A DNA stretch of 64,000 nt, from contig OZ024749.1 in assembly GCA_964016885.1 (NCBI GenBank), positions 4,464,001 through 4,528,000 of the forward strand, read 5' to 3'. Numbering within the stretch: position 1 is the first letter of the stretch; each line of letters starts with the position of its first letter. Position numbers and translations under genes: made by a program. The notes beneath the pieces were generated by a model. That model had not been told where the DNA came from. It did not search any database and saw only the letters and a program-made list of their open reading frames with translations. The DNA is from Eledone cirrhosa (lineage: Eukaryota). This document shows positions 62,141-64,000 of this stretch, piece after piece.

Positions 62141-63154
62141 ATAAGATCAAAAGATGGTTAAAGGTGTTCCATGTATTTTATTATGCGCATTTCAAAAACA
62201 AACATCATCATGCAATAATATTTGTGTTTTCATCAGATAAAACAGGAGGACATGATATGAAGGCTAAAAAACACTTGTGGATAGTGCAGTTTTAAATCAA
62301 CATATGAGAAGTAGTTTTAGATTGATGTGTGATATTGGGAAAAATATTTTATTTAGAGAGGGGTGGTGGAAAGGATGAAAAAAAGGGGAGGAGATGAGAG
62401 TGAAGGTGGAGAGGGAGAGATGGGTGATAGACAGAGAGAGATAGTTTTTATAACTGAGAAAGATATATTGTTTTACATAGAGAGCTTGAAAACCGTTGGA
62501 AGATAATGTATAAATTAAAAGAATTTGAAAATTAACGAAGGGAAAAATATGTATGAAGAAGGAGAGGGAGTTAATATGTATTGAGATTAAAAAGTTTGAT
62601 GATAGAGAGAATAGAATAATGAATTGCGGATGAATATTCTAACGTCAAAAAAATGTGTGTACGTTTACACGTATTATGGAAATTTGAAAATTAACGAAGA
62701 GAAAAAAAATTATTAAGGTTTGTGTATTGAAGGATTTGAGAAAAATAATGTGAAGTTAAGGTTTGTATATTGAAGGAATTGATAATATGTGCGAAGAAAG
62801 AGTTAATATGTATTAAGAATGAGTTAGATGATGGGGAGAAAAAAATAATGAATTAAGGATGAATAAACTGGCGTCAAAACAAATGTATATGTTACGAATG
62901 ATTTTACAAGGTGAAATTAGAGTAAGGGTAATGATTAAACAAGTATTATAGAGTGTATAATACTCTTTGAAATAAGGTAGGAAGATGGGTATATTTTAAA
63001 AGAGGTGTATGTATATGTGCATTTGAGTAAAGATTCTAAATTCCTTCTTCGCACATATTATCAATTCCTTCAATATACAAACCTTAACTTCACATTATTT
63101 TCACAAATCCTTCAATACACAAACCTTAATAATTTTTTTTCTCTTCGTTAATTT
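62141..63154 (-). mobile_element. PLE family A 3'UTR+pLTR with terminal inversion
   Basis: Homologous to 4781-5760; 63045-63154 is the reverse complement of about 62687-62798. Confidence 0.9.
62176..62242 (-). ncRNA. Type I hammerhead (family A), intact
   Basis: Minus-strand TTTTAT-CTGATGA..GAAA-TGCGCA-TA-ATAAAA. Confidence 0.85.
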
Positions 63155-63192
63155 ATATATACATATACACATATATATATATATATACATAT

Positions 63193-63233
<41 letters not shown>

Positions 63234-63417
63234 CACACATATATATATATATATATACATATACACATATATATATATATACATATACACATATATATAT
63301 ATATATATATATACATATATATATACATATATATATTATATTATATATATATATTATATTATATATATATATATAATATATATATATTATATTATATATA
63401 TATATATTATATTATAT

Positions 63418-63481
63418 AGTTTTAATATAGATGAGATTCTACAGGACTAGAACTGTTTCATTCTTTAGAAATCATCAGAAT

Positions 63482-63482
<1 letters not shown>
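63418..63482 (-). ncRNA. Family B hammerhead fragment in an AT array
   Basis: Minus strand: CTGATGA-T-TTC taaa GAA-T-GAAA-CAG..CTG-TA-GAATCT; 5' strand of helix I truncated. Confidence 0.7.
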
Positions 63483-63512
<30 letters not shown>

Positions 63513-64000
63513 ATATATATATTATATTATATATATATATATATTATATTATATATATATATATTATATATATTATATATATATATATTATATATATATT
63601 ATATATATTATATATATATATATTATATATATATTATATATATTATATATATATATATTATATATTATATATTATATTATATATTATATATATTATATTA
63701 TTTATATATATATATATTATATATATTATATATATATATATTATATTATATATATATATAATATATATATATATATTATATTATATAAAATATATATATA
63801 TATATTATATTATATATATATATAATATATTTATTATATATATATATATATTATATTATATATATATATAATATATATATTATATTATATATATATATAA
63901 TATATATATTATATATATATTATATTATATATATATATATATAATATATATATTATATATATATATATTATAGTATATATATATATATTATATATATATT
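63483..64000. repeat. (TA)n/(TTA) low-complexity array
   Basis: Direct inspection. Confidence 0.95.

Overview
This is a eukaryotic, very AT-rich window with no host gene I can support. It is most likely cephalopod (Octopus-like), inferred from the SINE families and the density of (AT)n/(GT)n arrays. Roughly half is microsatellite, and nearly all long ORFs in the track (poly-YI/CV/HT) are microsatellite artefacts. The islands between arrays are mobile-element relics: (i) Penelope-like elements (PLEs) with GIY-YIG endonuclease remnants and many pseudo-LTR (pLTR) fragments; (ii) an RTE-clade LINE 3' end with three C2H2 fingers, plus a short non-autonomous RTE derivative in 4 copies; (iii) a decayed CRE-like restriction-like-endonuclease fragment; (iv) tRNA-derived SINEs of Meta/MESC type and one V-domain type; (v) Helitron-like elements ending in hairpin+CTAG. 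The most notable signal is about 20 intact, mutated or partial type I hammerhead ribozyme (HHR) motifs from about 9 unrelated pLTR families. Most sit in (TA)n arrays, often as small non-coding foldback elements. Four families share a non-canonical U.U opposition at the base of helix II. All folds were read by eye and no searches were run.
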